A stretch of 47,524 bases of DNA from an uncultured Candidatus Saccharibacteria bacterium. Lineage in GTDB: Bacteria; Patescibacteriota; Minisyncoccia; Minisyncoccales; CAZJYT01. Of this stretch, positions 33,771-43,041 are shown piece after piece. The position numbers were made by a program, and so were the translations under genes. Location: assembly GCA_964550325.1 (NCBI GenBank), contig CAZJYT010000001.1, forward strand, positions 1 to 47,524, written 5' to 3'. The notes below the pieces were generated by a model that was given only the letters and a program-made list of their open reading frames with translations, was not told where the DNA came from and searched no databases. Within the stretch, counting starts at the first letter, position 1. Each line of letters begins with the position of its first letter.

Positions 33771-34499
33771 TTAGATAGCCTTCTCAAATTCCTCTTTCAT
33801 CCTTCGCCACTCCTCATCCTCTGAGAAGATTTCACTTTCTCCAGTTTGAGGCTGAGAAGGCTGTCCTGGCTGACCGATGCCAGAAGATTCGGAGCGATGT
33901 TCAAGTTCGCCCTCCTCTTCTGGTTTGGTTTCTTTATTTTCTTCCTCTTTCTTCTGAAATTGGCTTTTTATTTCTTCTTCAATTTCTTTCCTTCTCTCCT
34001 GTTCTTTTTCTGAAAGTTTTCTTGCTAATTCCAATGTGTCTTCTTCAGGATTAAGTTCCTTCTCCTTCAGTAAATCCTCTGGATCCACTTCAGGATAGAT
34101 TTCTATTGCTTTCTCTACTTCTTTTTCCAGTTTTAACTCTGCCACCTGTTCCTTTATGGCTTCTATATCTTTGTTTCTCTTTTCTTCTTCTTTCAAGGCT
34201 TCTTTTAGTTCTTCTGAAATCTCTGATTCTTCCATTTCTGGTTTTTCTTCTTCTTTGGTTTCTTTTCCTCCTTCCTCTTTTGTCTCTTCTTCTCCTTCAG
34301 TTTCCATTTCAGTATAGGATTCCTCAGGAACAGGCTTCAGAGTTTCTAAACTATCCTGAATTGTTTCTATTGAGTCTTTTAAGTCAGAAATTGTTTCTGC
34401 TAGTTCAGAAAGTTTCTCATCCTGACTCTTTATTCTTTCTTCTAAGTCCTTGTAATCCTTTAAGGATTCCTCTTTTCCTGTTTCTTTTTCTTCAGGCAT
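33771..34499 (-). CDS. scaffolding-like acidic coiled-coil protein
   Basis: 242 aa, extremely E/K-rich and helical, located immediately upstream of the capsid gene. Confidence 0.5.
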   Translation of the reverse strand: MPEEKETGKEESLKDYKDLEERIKSQDEKLSELAETISDLKDSIETIQDSLETLKPVPEESYTEMETEGEEETKEEGGKETKEEEKPEMEESEISEELKEALKEEEKRNKDIEAIKEQVAELKLEKEVEKAIEIYPEVDPEDLLKEKELNPEEDTLELARKLSEKEQERRKEIEEEIKSQFQKKEEENKETKPEEEGELEHRSESSGIGQPGQPSQPQTGESEIFSEDEEWRRMKEEFEKAI

Positions 34500-34511
34500 A
34501 AAGATATATGG

Positions 34512-34709
34512 TTACTTTCTTCGACCTTTTATTGGAAGACTCTTTTTAATCTTAATATAATGTAAAGTTGCCTTCTCCAAGCCTTTAGCAAGTTCTTCAG
34601 GAGAAAGCAACTTGGAAAAATTTAAATATCTTTTTACCAAACTCAGATAAATGCCTAGTTTCTTATTAAATGACTGGTGGGATCTTTCCTGTCTTCTTAT
34701 ACTCTGCAT
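34512..34709 (-). CDS. hypothetical small basic protein (65 aa)
   Basis: ORF overlapping the 3' end of ORF 34666-34953 by 44 nt in another frame. Coding status uncertain. Confidence 0.3.
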   Translation of the reverse strand: MQSIRRQERSHQSFNKKLGIYLSLVKRYLNFSKLLSPEELAKGLEKATLHYIKIKKSLPIKGRRK

Positions 34710-34953
34710 ATCTCTTGTTTGCGTTCTTTCTTGCCTCTTTTGCAGAGTCTCCCTTCTTTAATTGCTGTTTGTAAAGTTTTCTCCAAATGCTCAGTCCCTT
34801 TCCAATTCTCTTTCTTAATTTCCTTGCTGCCTTTCTTACTACCTTTGCATAGGTCTTTCCAGCATAAACCTTTCCATAAGTAGCAGCCTCTCCATAACCT
34901 TCTGGAAGCCCGTAGCCTTTAATTTTCTTTGTTACTGCTTTGGCTTTAGCCAT
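34666..34953 (-). CDS. highly basic K/R/A-rich protein (95 aa), possible DNA-associated internal virion protein
   Basis: MAKAKAVTKKIKGYG...RKAARKLRKRIGKG...ARKNANKRYAEYKK. Located in the head-gene cluster. Confidence 0.4.
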   Translation of the reverse strand: MAKAKAVTKKIKGYGLPEGYGEAATYGKVYAGKTYAKVVRKAARKLRKRIGKGLSIWRKLYKQQLKKGDSAKEARKNANKRYAEYKKTGKIPPVI

Positions 34954-34971
34954 ATATAACTCTTCTTTATT

Positions 34972-35265
34972 TTATTTTACGACCTTTCTCTTTAAGAATT
35001 GAAAATCCTCTTTAATTTTGTCAAGTTTGAGAACTGACTTAAATCTTGGTTCCCTTCTCCAATATTCCCTTAACCATTTTATCTTTCTCTCAGATCTTCC
35101 TCCTCTCCATCTCCAGTTTCTGGTTTCAGTTAAAAGAGATCTTCCTAAATCCAGTCTATACAAAGTTAAAAGTTGAATCTTCTCTTTAAGTCTTTCTTTA
35201 AATACTTCATTTGGGGACAAAGAAACCTGTTTAGTTTTTATTTCTGGCAAATTTTTAAATACCAT
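34972..35265 (-). CDS. hypothetical protein (97 aa)
   Basis: ORF. No motif. Confidence 0.5.
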   Translation of the reverse strand: MVFKNLPEIKTKQVSLSPNEVFKERLKEKIQLLTLYRLDLGRSLLTETRNWRWRGGRSERKIKWLREYWRREPRFKSVLKLDKIKEDFQFLKRKVVK

Positions 35266-35267
35266 AG

Positions 35268-36554
35268 TTAAATTCCTAAATTATTTGAATTAATGGTATT
35301 TGTTCCTCCGTTATACCAATTTGCGGTCTTTCCAGCATATTCTAAGTCACTATCCATAATTTTATTTCCATCTGGCTCTGCTCCACTTGGACCCCAGAGT
35401 TCTATTCCATATTTCTGTTGATAACTTCCTGAACCTTTTCTAATTACTACATCCCAAATCTCATTTTGATTTGAGGTTCTTATAAGAATTCCTGAGTATT
35501 TGTTATCCTCTTGTTGAGAATTTTCTCGAATATCAGCCTGTTCAATCAGGTTCTTTTGTCCTCCAATAATTCTTAATCCGTGTTTCTTATTTAATTTACA
35601 TTCAATTCCTAATAACTCATTTTCATCAGAGTTAAATAAGACAATGCCTACATCATTTTCATTATAATTTCCCTGTCCTACAAAATTATCTCTGCTATTT
35701 GAAATTCCCAAACCAATGAAGTTTGATCTACAGACATTATCCAAAAGATCAGTTTGAGTTGTTTGATGAACAAAATCTTCTTGTGTTGCAATCTCTTTCT
35801 TCTTTGTACTAAAGAGATAAATTCCGAATTGTTTATTACCAATTACCTGATTTCCTTCTATTAGAGAATTAGAAACATTAAAAAGATAAATTCCACTTTT
35901 TCCATTCTGTTGAATTACAGAATTTTTAAGTTCTATTGAAGGAGATTCTTTTATTAGTATCCCAGTTCCTTTATTGTTTTTTACTTGAACATTCTCTATT
36001 GTAATTCCAGCATTTCCTAAAAGATAAATTCCTTCATTTAGGAAATTCTCAATCCATACATTCCTTATCTTTGACATCTTAACCAGACCAAAATAGATTC
36101 CTATCTGATGAATAACATTCTCTCCTCCAGGTTGAGTCTGATTACTTTTATTTCCATCAAGTTTAAGATTCTCAATTATGATATTTCCATCAGAACCGCT
36201 TCCCAAATCTTTGTTTTGTATCAATTGGATATCAGCATTCAGATTATCCTTTATTTTTATAATTGTATTTTCTCCCTCACCTCTTATCTTTGTGTTTTTT
36301 CTTACTTCTAAAGGAGCAGAAAAGATATAAGTTCCGTTAAATAATTGAATTTCAACTTCATTTTGTTTTGATGTTTTGTCTAAAACTTTCTGGATTGTTT
36401 TCTGGTCATCTTGTCCTTCACAAACATAATCAGCACTGCCTTTTACACCTTCAGAAGCATTATAAGGAGCAATTTTCTTAACAATCTTTGCTCCACCTTG
36501 AAGTTCAAAATCAAAGAAACCTCCACCTTGAGTTATAGGATTATAGATTGGCAT
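35268..36554 (-). CDS. right-handed parallel beta-helix protein (tailspike / depolymerase candidate)
   Basis: 428 aa with repeated PbH1-like coils: NIIIENLKLDGNKSN, GIYLLGNAGITIENVQVKNNKGTGILIKESPSIELKNSVIQQNGKSGIYLFNVSNSLIEGNQVIGNKQFGIYLF. Confidence 0.75.
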   Translation of the reverse strand: MPIYNPITQGGGFFDFELQGGAKIVKKIAPYNASEGVKGSADYVCEGQDDQKTIQKVLDKTSKQNEVEIQLFNGTYIFSAPLEVRKNTKIRGEGENTIIKIKDNLNADIQLIQNKDLGSGSDGNIIIENLKLDGNKSNQTQPGGENVIHQIGIYFGLVKMSKIRNVWIENFLNEGIYLLGNAGITIENVQVKNNKGTGILIKESPSIELKNSVIQQNGKSGIYLFNVSNSLIEGNQVIGNKQFGIYLFSTKKKEIATQEDFVHQTTQTDLLDNVCRSNFIGLGISNSRDNFVGQGNYNENDVGIVLFNSDENELLGIECKLNKKHGLRIIGGQKNLIEQADIRENSQQEDNKYSGILIRTSNQNEIWDVVIRKGSGSYQQKYGIELWGPSGAEPDGNKIMDSDLEYAGKTANWYNGGTNTINSNNLGI

Positions 36555-36555
36555 A

Positions 36556-36846
36556 TTATTCTCCTTCAGTAACTAAAAGTTTCTTACCAGAAACAGAACA
36601 AATAGCATTAATCTCTCCTTTATATGGATTGGTTTTATTAATCTCAAAAGAACCTCCATTAGCATTTAGTCTAATCCCCTTATTTAGTTCAGCATCGGTT
36701 CCAAGAGCCAGATAGATGGTAGTATCACTATCGTTTATCAAAATAGCGTACTCTCTATTCTTATTCGCTGCCAAAACTGTAGTAGAGGTTGTTCCTACTT
36801 CTTTAACTGTGCTTGAAATAGTTGTAATTTCTTTTGAAATATCCAT
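36556..36846 (-). CDS. hypothetical small beta-rich protein (96 aa), first gene of the virion block
   Basis: ORF 1 nt upstream of the beta-helix gene. S/T/N-rich. Confidence 0.55.
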   Translation of the reverse strand: MDISKEITTISSTVKEVGTTSTTVLAANKNREYAILINDSDTTIYLALGTDAELNKGIRLNANGGSFEINKTNPYKGEINAICSVSGKKLLVTEGE

Positions 36847-36870
36847 AAGCCTTTTATTTTTCTAATTTCT

Positions 36871-36900
36871 ATGCTAAAGTAGAGAGAAAAATCTTGTCAA
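36871..36900 (-). promoter_or_regulatory. putative sigma70-type promoter for the minus-strand virion block
   Basis: Minus strand reads TTGACA (36900-36895), 18-nt spacer, TAGCAT (36876-36871). About 25 nt of leader with AAAGG precede ATG 36846. Confidence 0.4.
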
Positions 36901-36902
36901 GT

Positions 36903-37964
36903 ATGGTTTTTGATTTTTTACTCCTTTTAGAGAATCCAGAAACAGATACAGGGCTTGCTCGTGTTTCTCGAGTGATTACGCAGTCTCTTTCAGAGATGAA
37001 TTTAAGTTTTGTAATTCTTTCTTTAGATCCTTTTGAAATTAGAAGAGAATTTAGTTCCAAAAGATTTCTAAATGGAGGGATAGTTTATACCAATCTTAAA
37101 GAGTATTTATCTTATCTCCAGGAGTTTCAGTTTAGAAATCTCTTAATCAATGTAAATCCATATGTTCTTATTCCTGATTTTGAAAAGATTTTTGCTCTAA
37201 AGCAAAAGAAGTTCTTCAAACTCTGGGGATACCTTGCTTTAGAAGAAAGCATTTCAAAAGAGAAACTTAAACCCATTCTTTCCAACTTTGATTATAAATT
37301 CTGCTATCTTGAAAAAGATACAGATTTAGGTTTCCAAAAAGCCATTCCTAATCCTTTATCTCCTCTTTTAGATGAAAGAAGAATAGAAAAAGACATAGAC
37401 ATTCTTATTGTCAGTTCTAACCGCTTAAGGAAAGATTTAATCAGAAGTTTTGAAATTCTCATAGAACTTGAGAAAAGATTTCCTTCTCTTAAATCAGTCC
37501 TTGTTTCCAATTCTCTTTATTCAGAACTAAGACTCTTTGAGTATTTCAAGCAACTAAAGAACATTAGATTCTATCAGTTTCCTATAAACCAAGAATTGCT
37601 TTCTTATCTCTACAAGTCTTCCAGATTTGTCTTAAGCACCTCTCTGGCTGAAGGCTGGGGATACAGTTTCTTTGAAGGAATTCAAAATGATTGTTTTCCT
37701 ATTGCTCCTCTAAATAGCAGTTTCCTTGAATTTGAGAAAAAAGGCTTTAACTTTGTAAAATTAGAACTCTCAGACGAAAAGGCTCCTACTTATTATGGTT
37801 TTGAAAAAAGAGTTGCTCTAAAGGAAAGTGTAGAAAAGATATCTTATTATCTGGAAAGGCCAATTAAAGAAGAATACCTGAGGAAGAATAAAGAACTCAT
37901 TAAACAATACTCTTGGGATAAGGTTTTAGAAATTTGGAAAGAAACATTTAAAAATGGTGTCTAA
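36903..37964 (+). CDS. probable glycosyltransferase (GT4-like)
   Basis: STSLAEGWGYSFFEGIQNDCFPIAP resembles the E-x7-E region of GT4 enzymes. Start moved from TTG 36894 to ATG 36903. Confidence 0.5.
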   Translation: MVFDFLLLLENPETDTGLARVSRVITQSLSEMNLSFVILSLDPFEIRREFSSKRFLNGGIVYTNLKEYLSYLQEFQFRNLLINVNPYVLIPDFEKIFALKQKKFFKLWGYLALEESISKEKLKPILSNFDYKFCYLEKDTDLGFQKAIPNPLSPLLDERRIEKDIDILIVSSNRLRKDLIRSFEILIELEKRFPSLKSVLVSNSLYSELRLFEYFKQLKNIRFYQFPINQELLSYLYKSSRFVLSTSLAEGWGYSFFEGIQNDCFPIAPLNSSFLEFEKKGFNFVKLELSDEKAPTYYGFEKRVALKESVEKISYYLERPIKEEYLRKNKELIKQYSWDKVLEIWKETFKNGV

Positions 37965-38838
37965 AAACTCCTCTTTTATAGTTTTCTCAAAAGATAAGGT
38001 TTGGTTTGGAGTAGGAGAAGGGGATAAGAATTTCTTCCTTTCTTCGGATTTTGAATTAAAAACAGAGTTAATAATAAGAGATGAAGTTCTTTTTCCTCAG
38101 AGGCTGTTTCCTTTAGAAATAACAGAAGAAAAAGATAAGAGTGTAAAAGAGATCTTAAGAGATCTTAGAGAATTCCTTTCTGAATACCTTCCCGATTATC
38201 CTTTAGAGCATATTACAGGAGCAGTTATTAGCATCCTCTTTTCTGAGTTTTCTCTCTTTTCCTGTTTTTCCTTCCTCTGGTTTTGGCCTTATTTGAAAAA
38301 AATAGAAAGACTCTTTTACCTCCCTCTTGCTTTTCTTTTAAAGAAACCTACAATAGGAAGGCTCAATTTTCTAAAAAAAGAGGTTTTTCTTTTTCAACAA
38401 AATTGCCATTTTATCTATGTTTCCAACATCCCTGAAAAAGGCTTTGTCTATCCTAAGATGGAAAAAATCCTTCCTAAAACTGAAGAAACAGAAAAAATAA
38501 AAAAGGAACTTGCTATTTTAAAGATAAAAACCTTCCTTGATGTAAGAGAAATAGTTCTCAAAGGATTAGAGAAATCAAGCCTTGCTTGTAAAGGTTTTAG
38601 AGAGTATTTTCAGATAGACTGTGAAAGTATTAATCCTGTTTCTCTTCAAAAATTAAGAACTATCAATTACTGCCTTCTTAAATCTCAAAATTTAGAAGAT
38701 TTTATTTCCCTTTTTAGAAAGGTCAGTTTCTTTGACTTGACAGATGAAGAATTAAGTTTTATTTTTTCTCAAAAATGGCAATGGTTATACCCACTAAAAA
38801 AATTCAAAAGAAACTTAAAGGAGAAAAAGACATTCTAA
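37954..38838 (+). CDS. hypothetical protein (294 aa)
   Basis: ORF overlapping the upstream gene by 11 nt. One hydrophobic stretch. No motif. Confidence 0.5.
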   Translation: MVSKNSSFIVFSKDKVWFGVGEGDKNFFLSSDFELKTELIIRDEVLFPQRLFPLEITEEKDKSVKEILRDLREFLSEYLPDYPLEHITGAVISILFSEFSLFSCFSFLWFWPYLKKIERLFYLPLAFLLKKPTIGRLNFLKKEVFLFQQNCHFIYVSNIPEKGFVYPKMEKILPKTEETEKIKKELAILKIKTFLDVREIVLKGLEKSSLACKGFREYFQIDCESINPVSLQKLRTINYCLLKSQNLEDFISLFRKVSFFDLTDEELSFIFSQKWQWLYPLKKFKRNLKEKKTF

Positions 38839-38996
38839 TCCTCTTTTTATTCTTTTCTTTTTTCCTTTTAGGATTAGTCGTAGTTTCTTTTCTTCCTTTA
38901 AGCGATTTCTTAAAGGTCATAAGTTGTTTGCTTTTGTTTTTAAGTTATTTAGATGGAACTCGATCTTACAGGTATTTCAGAAGGAGAGAATCTTGA
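38775..38996 (+). CDS. possible small two-TM membrane protein (73 aa)
   Basis: ILILFLFFSFFLLGLVVVSFL and VISCLLLFLSYL segments. Overlaps both neighbours (64 and 44 nt), so coding status is uncertain. Confidence 0.3.
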   Translation: MAMVIPTKKIQKKLKGEKDILILFLFFSFFLLGLVVVSFLPLSDFLKVISCLLLFLSYLDGTRSYRYFRRRES

Positions 38997-39411
38997 TTTA
39001 GAAGTTCAGGAAAAGGCTTTCTGGAATAAAAAGACCTTACAGGTCTATGATTTATATCTGGAAGGAGAATCTATTGATAAGATAAAAGAGAAAACAGGTT
39101 TAAAGAAAAAAGAAATCAAGGAGATTATAACTAATCCTATTTTTCAGGTAGAGTATAAGAAGGAAATTACTCTCTTAAAGGACAAAATAGAAACAAAAAA
39201 ACTTAAGATTTTGGATTCTCTTGTTTCTAAACTCTTTGAAAGTCTTAAGGATGAACTTAAAAAGGCTCCTGTTAGTGAGAGACTAAAGATATTAAGAGAT
39301 TTATTAAAAGAAGAAAAAACGCTTCAAACAATAAAACTGTCCTCTAAAAGAAAGAAAAAGGAGGCAGGGGATGAAGAAATAGAAAAATTCCTCTCTGTTC
39401 CTGTCTCTTAA
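38953..39411 (+). CDS. candidate small terminase subunit
   Basis: 152 aa directly upstream of the large terminase. HTH-like LEGESIDKIKEKTGLKKKEIKEIITN followed by a coiled coil. Confidence 0.4.
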   Translation: MELDLTGISEGENLDLEVQEKAFWNKKTLQVYDLYLEGESIDKIKEKTGLKKKEIKEIITNPIFQVEYKKEITLLKDKIETKKLKILDSLVSKLFESLKDELKKAPVSERLKILRDLLKEEKTLQTIKLSSKRKKKEAGDEEIEKFLSVPVS

Positions 39412-39413
39412 TT

Positions 39414-41111
39414 ATGATTCCAACAGATAAGGGAATTTTAAGGTTTATCTATAACTTTGGAATAAAAACAAATAAGGGTCTCCCTTACACCTTTAAGACC
39501 CATCCCTTTCTTTATCAGCCCTTAATTGATGATTCAGAAAAAATTGTCTTTAAGAAATCCACCCAGATGGGAATCTCTCTGATGGTTTTAAACAAGATCT
39601 ACTATTGGGCTACTATTAAGCAACCAAAATCTACAACTCTTTATGTTCTTCCTAGTCAGCCTCTTGCTCAAGATTTCGTTCGAACCAAGGTTGATCCTGT
39701 AATTCTGAATTCAGAACTAAAGAAACTCATTTTAGAAAACAAAAGCGTTTCTAATAGAAAAGACTACTCTCTCCATCTCTTAAGGCTTAAGGATTCTTTT
39801 ATTATCTTTCAAGGAAGTTTCTCTGCTGGACAGGCTCAGAGTTTTGATATTGAAACTCTTTGTTTGGATGAGTTGGATTTTCAAAACCTGAGATTCAAAG
39901 AAATGTTTGAAGAAAGGCTATCAGGATTAAGTCAGATAGGAGCAAAAAAAAGAAGGATTTATATTTCTGTTCCTGTTCTTCCTAAAGGAGGAATTTCAGA
40001 GGAATTTGAGGATTCTAATCAACAGGAATGGTTGGTAAAGTGTCCTTTTTGTAATAAAGAACAAAGTTTAGAATTTCCTCAAAACATTGATTTTGACAAA
40101 AAGAAACTTATATGTTCCTCCTGTCATAATCCCTTAAAAAAAGAGACAATTCTTAAAGGAAGATGGGTTGCTCGTTTTCCTGACAGGCCTGTTTCTGGTT
40201 ATCACTTCACCCATCTAATGTGTGTTTGGATTCCTGTTTCAAAGATTATTGAAAGATTTCAAAAAAATCCTGAACATACTAGTTCTTTTGAATTGGGAAC
40301 TCTCTATCAGAAAAAGACAGAGACCATAAATCCTGAAAGGTTCATTTTCGGGAATTATCTTGAGATTTCTGATCCTTTGAAACTAAGAGAAACTCCAAGG
40401 GATTATCCTTTAGTTTGTGGAATTGATCAAGGAGATCTTTTTTATCTTGGTTATGGGATTCTATTTCCTGATAAAATAGAAATAAAAGGTTTTCTCAAGT
40501 TCTCAAATCCTTTTGAATTAGAAAACTTTTTAAAGATAGCAAAGTTCAATTACATTCTTATGGATATGCTCCCTGCTAAGCATGTAGCAAAGGCTTTAAA
40601 GTCTTCTTTAAGTTCAGAAGACACCTCATTCTGGGTTGCTAATATTACTCAGTCTTCTATTCCAAGATTAGAATACTTTGATGTCTTTTCAAAAGAAGAA
40701 AGACTAAGATTAGAGAGAACAGAAGCAGTAGATAAGATGTTAACCAAACTAAAACAAGGAAAGATTATCTTTCCTCAAGATATGAGATTAGAAAAAGAGG
40801 TCTTTCAGCATTTAACTTCCCTTTATCCTGTCTATAGAGAGTCTTATGGAGGAGTAAGAAAATACTGGGCAAGGAAAGGAAAGAATGACTTTGCCTTTGC
40901 TTTGACCTTTCTTTCTACCCTCCAAGACTTTCTTCTTCCGTATCTTCCCAAAGAGGGAAAAGAAGAAGAAAAGAAAAAGAAAGGCTTAAGTTCAGAGTTT
41001 GAAAGGGTTTTGAACTCTAAAGACTTTATGACAAGGGAAATAGAATTAGAAAACCTAAAAAAGATCTCTAAAGACCTCTATGGAGACACTTTCTTTATTG
41101 GTTCTATTTGA
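39414..41111 (+). CDS. terL: terminase large subunit (GpA-like)
   Basis: 565 aa. Walker A-like KKSTQMGIS, Walker B LCLDELD, zinc ribbon CPFCNKEQ...CSSCHNPL as in lambda GpA-type terminases, and a C-terminal nuclease-like half (GIDQGD...). Confidence 0.8.
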   Translation: MIPTDKGILRFIYNFGIKTNKGLPYTFKTHPFLYQPLIDDSEKIVFKKSTQMGISLMVLNKIYYWATIKQPKSTTLYVLPSQPLAQDFVRTKVDPVILNSELKKLILENKSVSNRKDYSLHLLRLKDSFIIFQGSFSAGQAQSFDIETLCLDELDFQNLRFKEMFEERLSGLSQIGAKKRRIYISVPVLPKGGISEEFEDSNQQEWLVKCPFCNKEQSLEFPQNIDFDKKKLICSSCHNPLKKETILKGRWVARFPDRPVSGYHFTHLMCVWIPVSKIIERFQKNPEHTSSFELGTLYQKKTETINPERFIFGNYLEISDPLKLRETPRDYPLVCGIDQGDLFYLGYGILFPDKIEIKGFLKFSNPFELENFLKIAKFNYILMDMLPAKHVAKALKSSLSSEDTSFWVANITQSSIPRLEYFDVFSKEERLRLERTEAVDKMLTKLKQGKIIFPQDMRLEKEVFQHLTSLYPVYRESYGGVRKYWARKGKNDFAFALTFLSTLQDFLLPYLPKEGKEEEKKKKGLSSEFERVLNSKDFMTREIELENLKKISKDLYGDTFFIGSI

Positions 41112-41143
41112 CATTTCTTTTCTTTTTAAGAGAAAAAATATAT

Positions 41144-41770
41144 ATGCCAACACTAAAAACCATAACTGAAAGCATTTTGAGAAGACTTAAAGATGAGGAT
41201 GCCCAGTATTTAGACAAGATTGCTCTAAAAAAGAGAATAAAGGCTCAGATTAAGGAGCTCTATCCTTATGTTGTTATTAAAGCAACTGAAACTACAAACT
41301 TTCCTACAACCTCTCCTTATATAGTGAGTCTTCCTTCTGCTAGAGAGGTTATTGAGGTTTGGCTTTTAGATTCTAATGACAAGGAAGTAAGGCAGATTTA
41401 TGACTTCTCCTTTGATAAAGAAACAAGAAAACTCCATTTCAGTTCTGCTCCTGCTTTTACCTGGAATTTAGGGATTACCACAGGTTCAAAGATAAAGATT
41501 GTTTATGCAAAAGACCCTACAATTGCTTCTTTAGAAGATGATGAAGAGATTAACATTGATTCTGCAGCGACAGATCTATTAGAACTTTCAGTTATTCGCT
41601 CTCTAATAGAAGAAGAATTAAACTCAAGAGCAACAAGACCTGCTTATCCAAAAGTCTTCCCTGCTCTTTCTCCTGCTGCTCTCACTGGCCTCCTTAACTA
41701 TTACACTTACAAGATTAGAGAAAGAAAAAGTGAAATAGGAGAACTTAACAAGGTTTATATCATTAAATGA
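41144..41770 (+). CDS. hypothetical protein, possible head-completion/connector protein
   Basis: Follows terL. Start moved from TTG 41108 to ATG 41144 (MPTLKTITESILRRL...). No firm motif. Confidence 0.45.
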   Translation: MPTLKTITESILRRLKDEDAQYLDKIALKKRIKAQIKELYPYVVIKATETTNFPTTSPYIVSLPSAREVIEVWLLDSNDKEVRQIYDFSFDKETRKLHFSSAPAFTWNLGITTGSKIKIVYAKDPTIASLEDDEEINIDSAATDLLELSVIRSLIEEELNSRATRPAYPKVFPALSPAALTGLLNYYTYKIRERKSEIGELNKVYIIK

Positions 41771-42108
41771 ATATGAGAGCCAGAGTTCTATTCTTAGCAA
41801 AACTCACAAGAACCTTAAACAATCTTCCTAAACTCAAAGGAAATGTTTTTGTTATAGGAGGAATACTAAATAAGGGCTATAGTTTCAGAGACATTGATAT
41901 AATGGTAAACAAAGAAGAAGACATTCCCACTCTTAAAAAGGCTCTTTCTCCTTTTGTTGAACGTCTTAATTTCCTTGTGGGTAAATTCCCTAAAGGAAGG
42001 ATCTTTTTGTATATTCGGCCTTATCTTAAAAATGATTTCAAAAAGAGAAAGAATATGGTTTACTCCCATAAGGATATTCTGAAATTTATCAAAAGAAAGA
42101 TCAAATGA
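41767..42108 (+). CDS. minimal nucleotidyltransferase (MNT-like) protein
   Basis: 113 aa. GNVFVIGGILNKGYSFRDIDIMV fits the G(S/G)...G...(S)DxDx signature of the Pol-beta NTase superfamily. Confidence 0.5.
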   Translation: MNMRARVLFLAKLTRTLNNLPKLKGNVFVIGGILNKGYSFRDIDIMVNKEEDIPTLKKALSPFVERLNFLVGKFPKGRIFLYIRPYLKNDFKKRKNMVYSHKDILKFIKRKIK

Positions 42109-42767
42109 AGATTCAAATTATTGGTTCTGGAGATAAAGATAGTTATCCTAAAGAAGATTGCATCTGTAATCTCTGTCAAGAAGCAAGGAAAAGAGAAGAA
42201 TTAAAAAGACTTCCTTTTTCTTCTATTCTTATAAAGGATAAGTATCTTATAGATGGAAATAAAGAATGTTTAGAGGTTTTAAAATCAAAACCAAAAGAAA
42301 TCATAATAACCCATCTTTTTGATTTAGAAACAGATAAAGAAATAAATTATCATATCCCTGAAATTTTTGCTTCTTCTCTACCTCAAGGAGAAAATGTTTA
42401 TTACTTTTCGAATAAAATCCTTTTTAAGGACATTCTATTTAGATGTTTTGAGATTGAAAATGACTTTGCTTTAGGTTTTAAGAACTTCTTCTACTATTTA
42501 GGAAACTGGAGAAATGAAAAGATTTTTAAGACTATTCGGAAAGAAAAACCTAAAATTGTCTTTGCTAATGGCTCTAATCTTTTAGAAAAACAGGATTCAG
42601 AGTTGACTTGGAAAAGAAATTTATTAAAACTATCAAAAATAGGAGTAAAGAAGGTAATTTTTCTACGTTTTAGTCATAAAAATCAGAACCCAGATGAATT
42701 TTTTTATAATCTCTTTTCAATTTTTCCTTTAGAGATCCATTTCGCAAGAGACTATGAAAATCTTTAA
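42105..42767 (+). CDS. PhnP-like metallo-beta-lactamase-fold protein with degenerate metal motif
   Basis: MKIQIIGSGD...EDCICNLCQEARK parallels the PhnP N-terminus (GTGG...C.C..C..AR). The HxHxDH position reads THLFDLETD. Confidence 0.35.
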   Translation: MKIQIIGSGDKDSYPKEDCICNLCQEARKREELKRLPFSSILIKDKYLIDGNKECLEVLKSKPKEIIITHLFDLETDKEINYHIPEIFASSLPQGENVYYFSNKILFKDILFRCFEIENDFALGFKNFFYYLGNWRNEKIFKTIRKEKPKIVFANGSNLLEKQDSELTWKRNLLKLSKIGVKKVIFLRFSHKNQNPDEFFYNLFSIFPLEIHFARDYENL

Positions 42768-43041
42768 TGTAGGACAAACAGCAAGATTAAGGACAACATT
42801 CTATAAGGATGATGGAACCTTGTTTCCCGAGAGTTGCACTGCTGCTATTAGAATTCAGAACGAAGCTCTGGAAGAGGTTTTATCTTCTCCAATGCAAAGA
42901 GTAGGAGATGAGTATCAGTTTGATTGGCAAACTACCGAAGAAGGAAGATTCCTTTTAACCTTCTCTTCCCACGATGGAGATTTCAGAGTTCAAAAACAAG
43001 AAATTATCCTTGTAAGAAGAAAACAAATGCCTAACTACTGA
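42754..43041 (+). CDS. hypothetical small beta-sandwich-like protein (95 aa)
   Basis: The pattern FNVGQTARLRTTFYKDDGTLF...YQFDWQTTEEGRFLLTF is typical of Ig-like phage accessory domains. Weak. Confidence 0.3.
   Translation: MKIFNVGQTARLRTTFYKDDGTLFPESCTAAIRIQNEALEEVLSSPMQRVGDEYQFDWQTTEEGRFLLTFSSHDGDFRVQKQEIILVRRKQMPNY

Noticed and set aside
33161-34501. + strand ORFs 33161-33382 and 34106-34501 opposite the capsid and scaffold genes; also minus/plus ORFs 10965-11968 opposite or within the 860-aa gene
   Set aside because: They are fully nested antisense or alternative-frame ORFs with low-complexity or hydrophobic composition and no independent signals.
38835-38877. 8-bp inverted repeat CTAATCCT...AGGATTAG with a pyrimidine-rich loop upstream of the terminase genes (pac/cos-like?)
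   Set aside because: A single 8-bp inverted repeat within ~40 nt is expected many times by chance in 47 kb of AT-rich DNA. It is not repeated elsewhere and lies inside candidate coding sequence.
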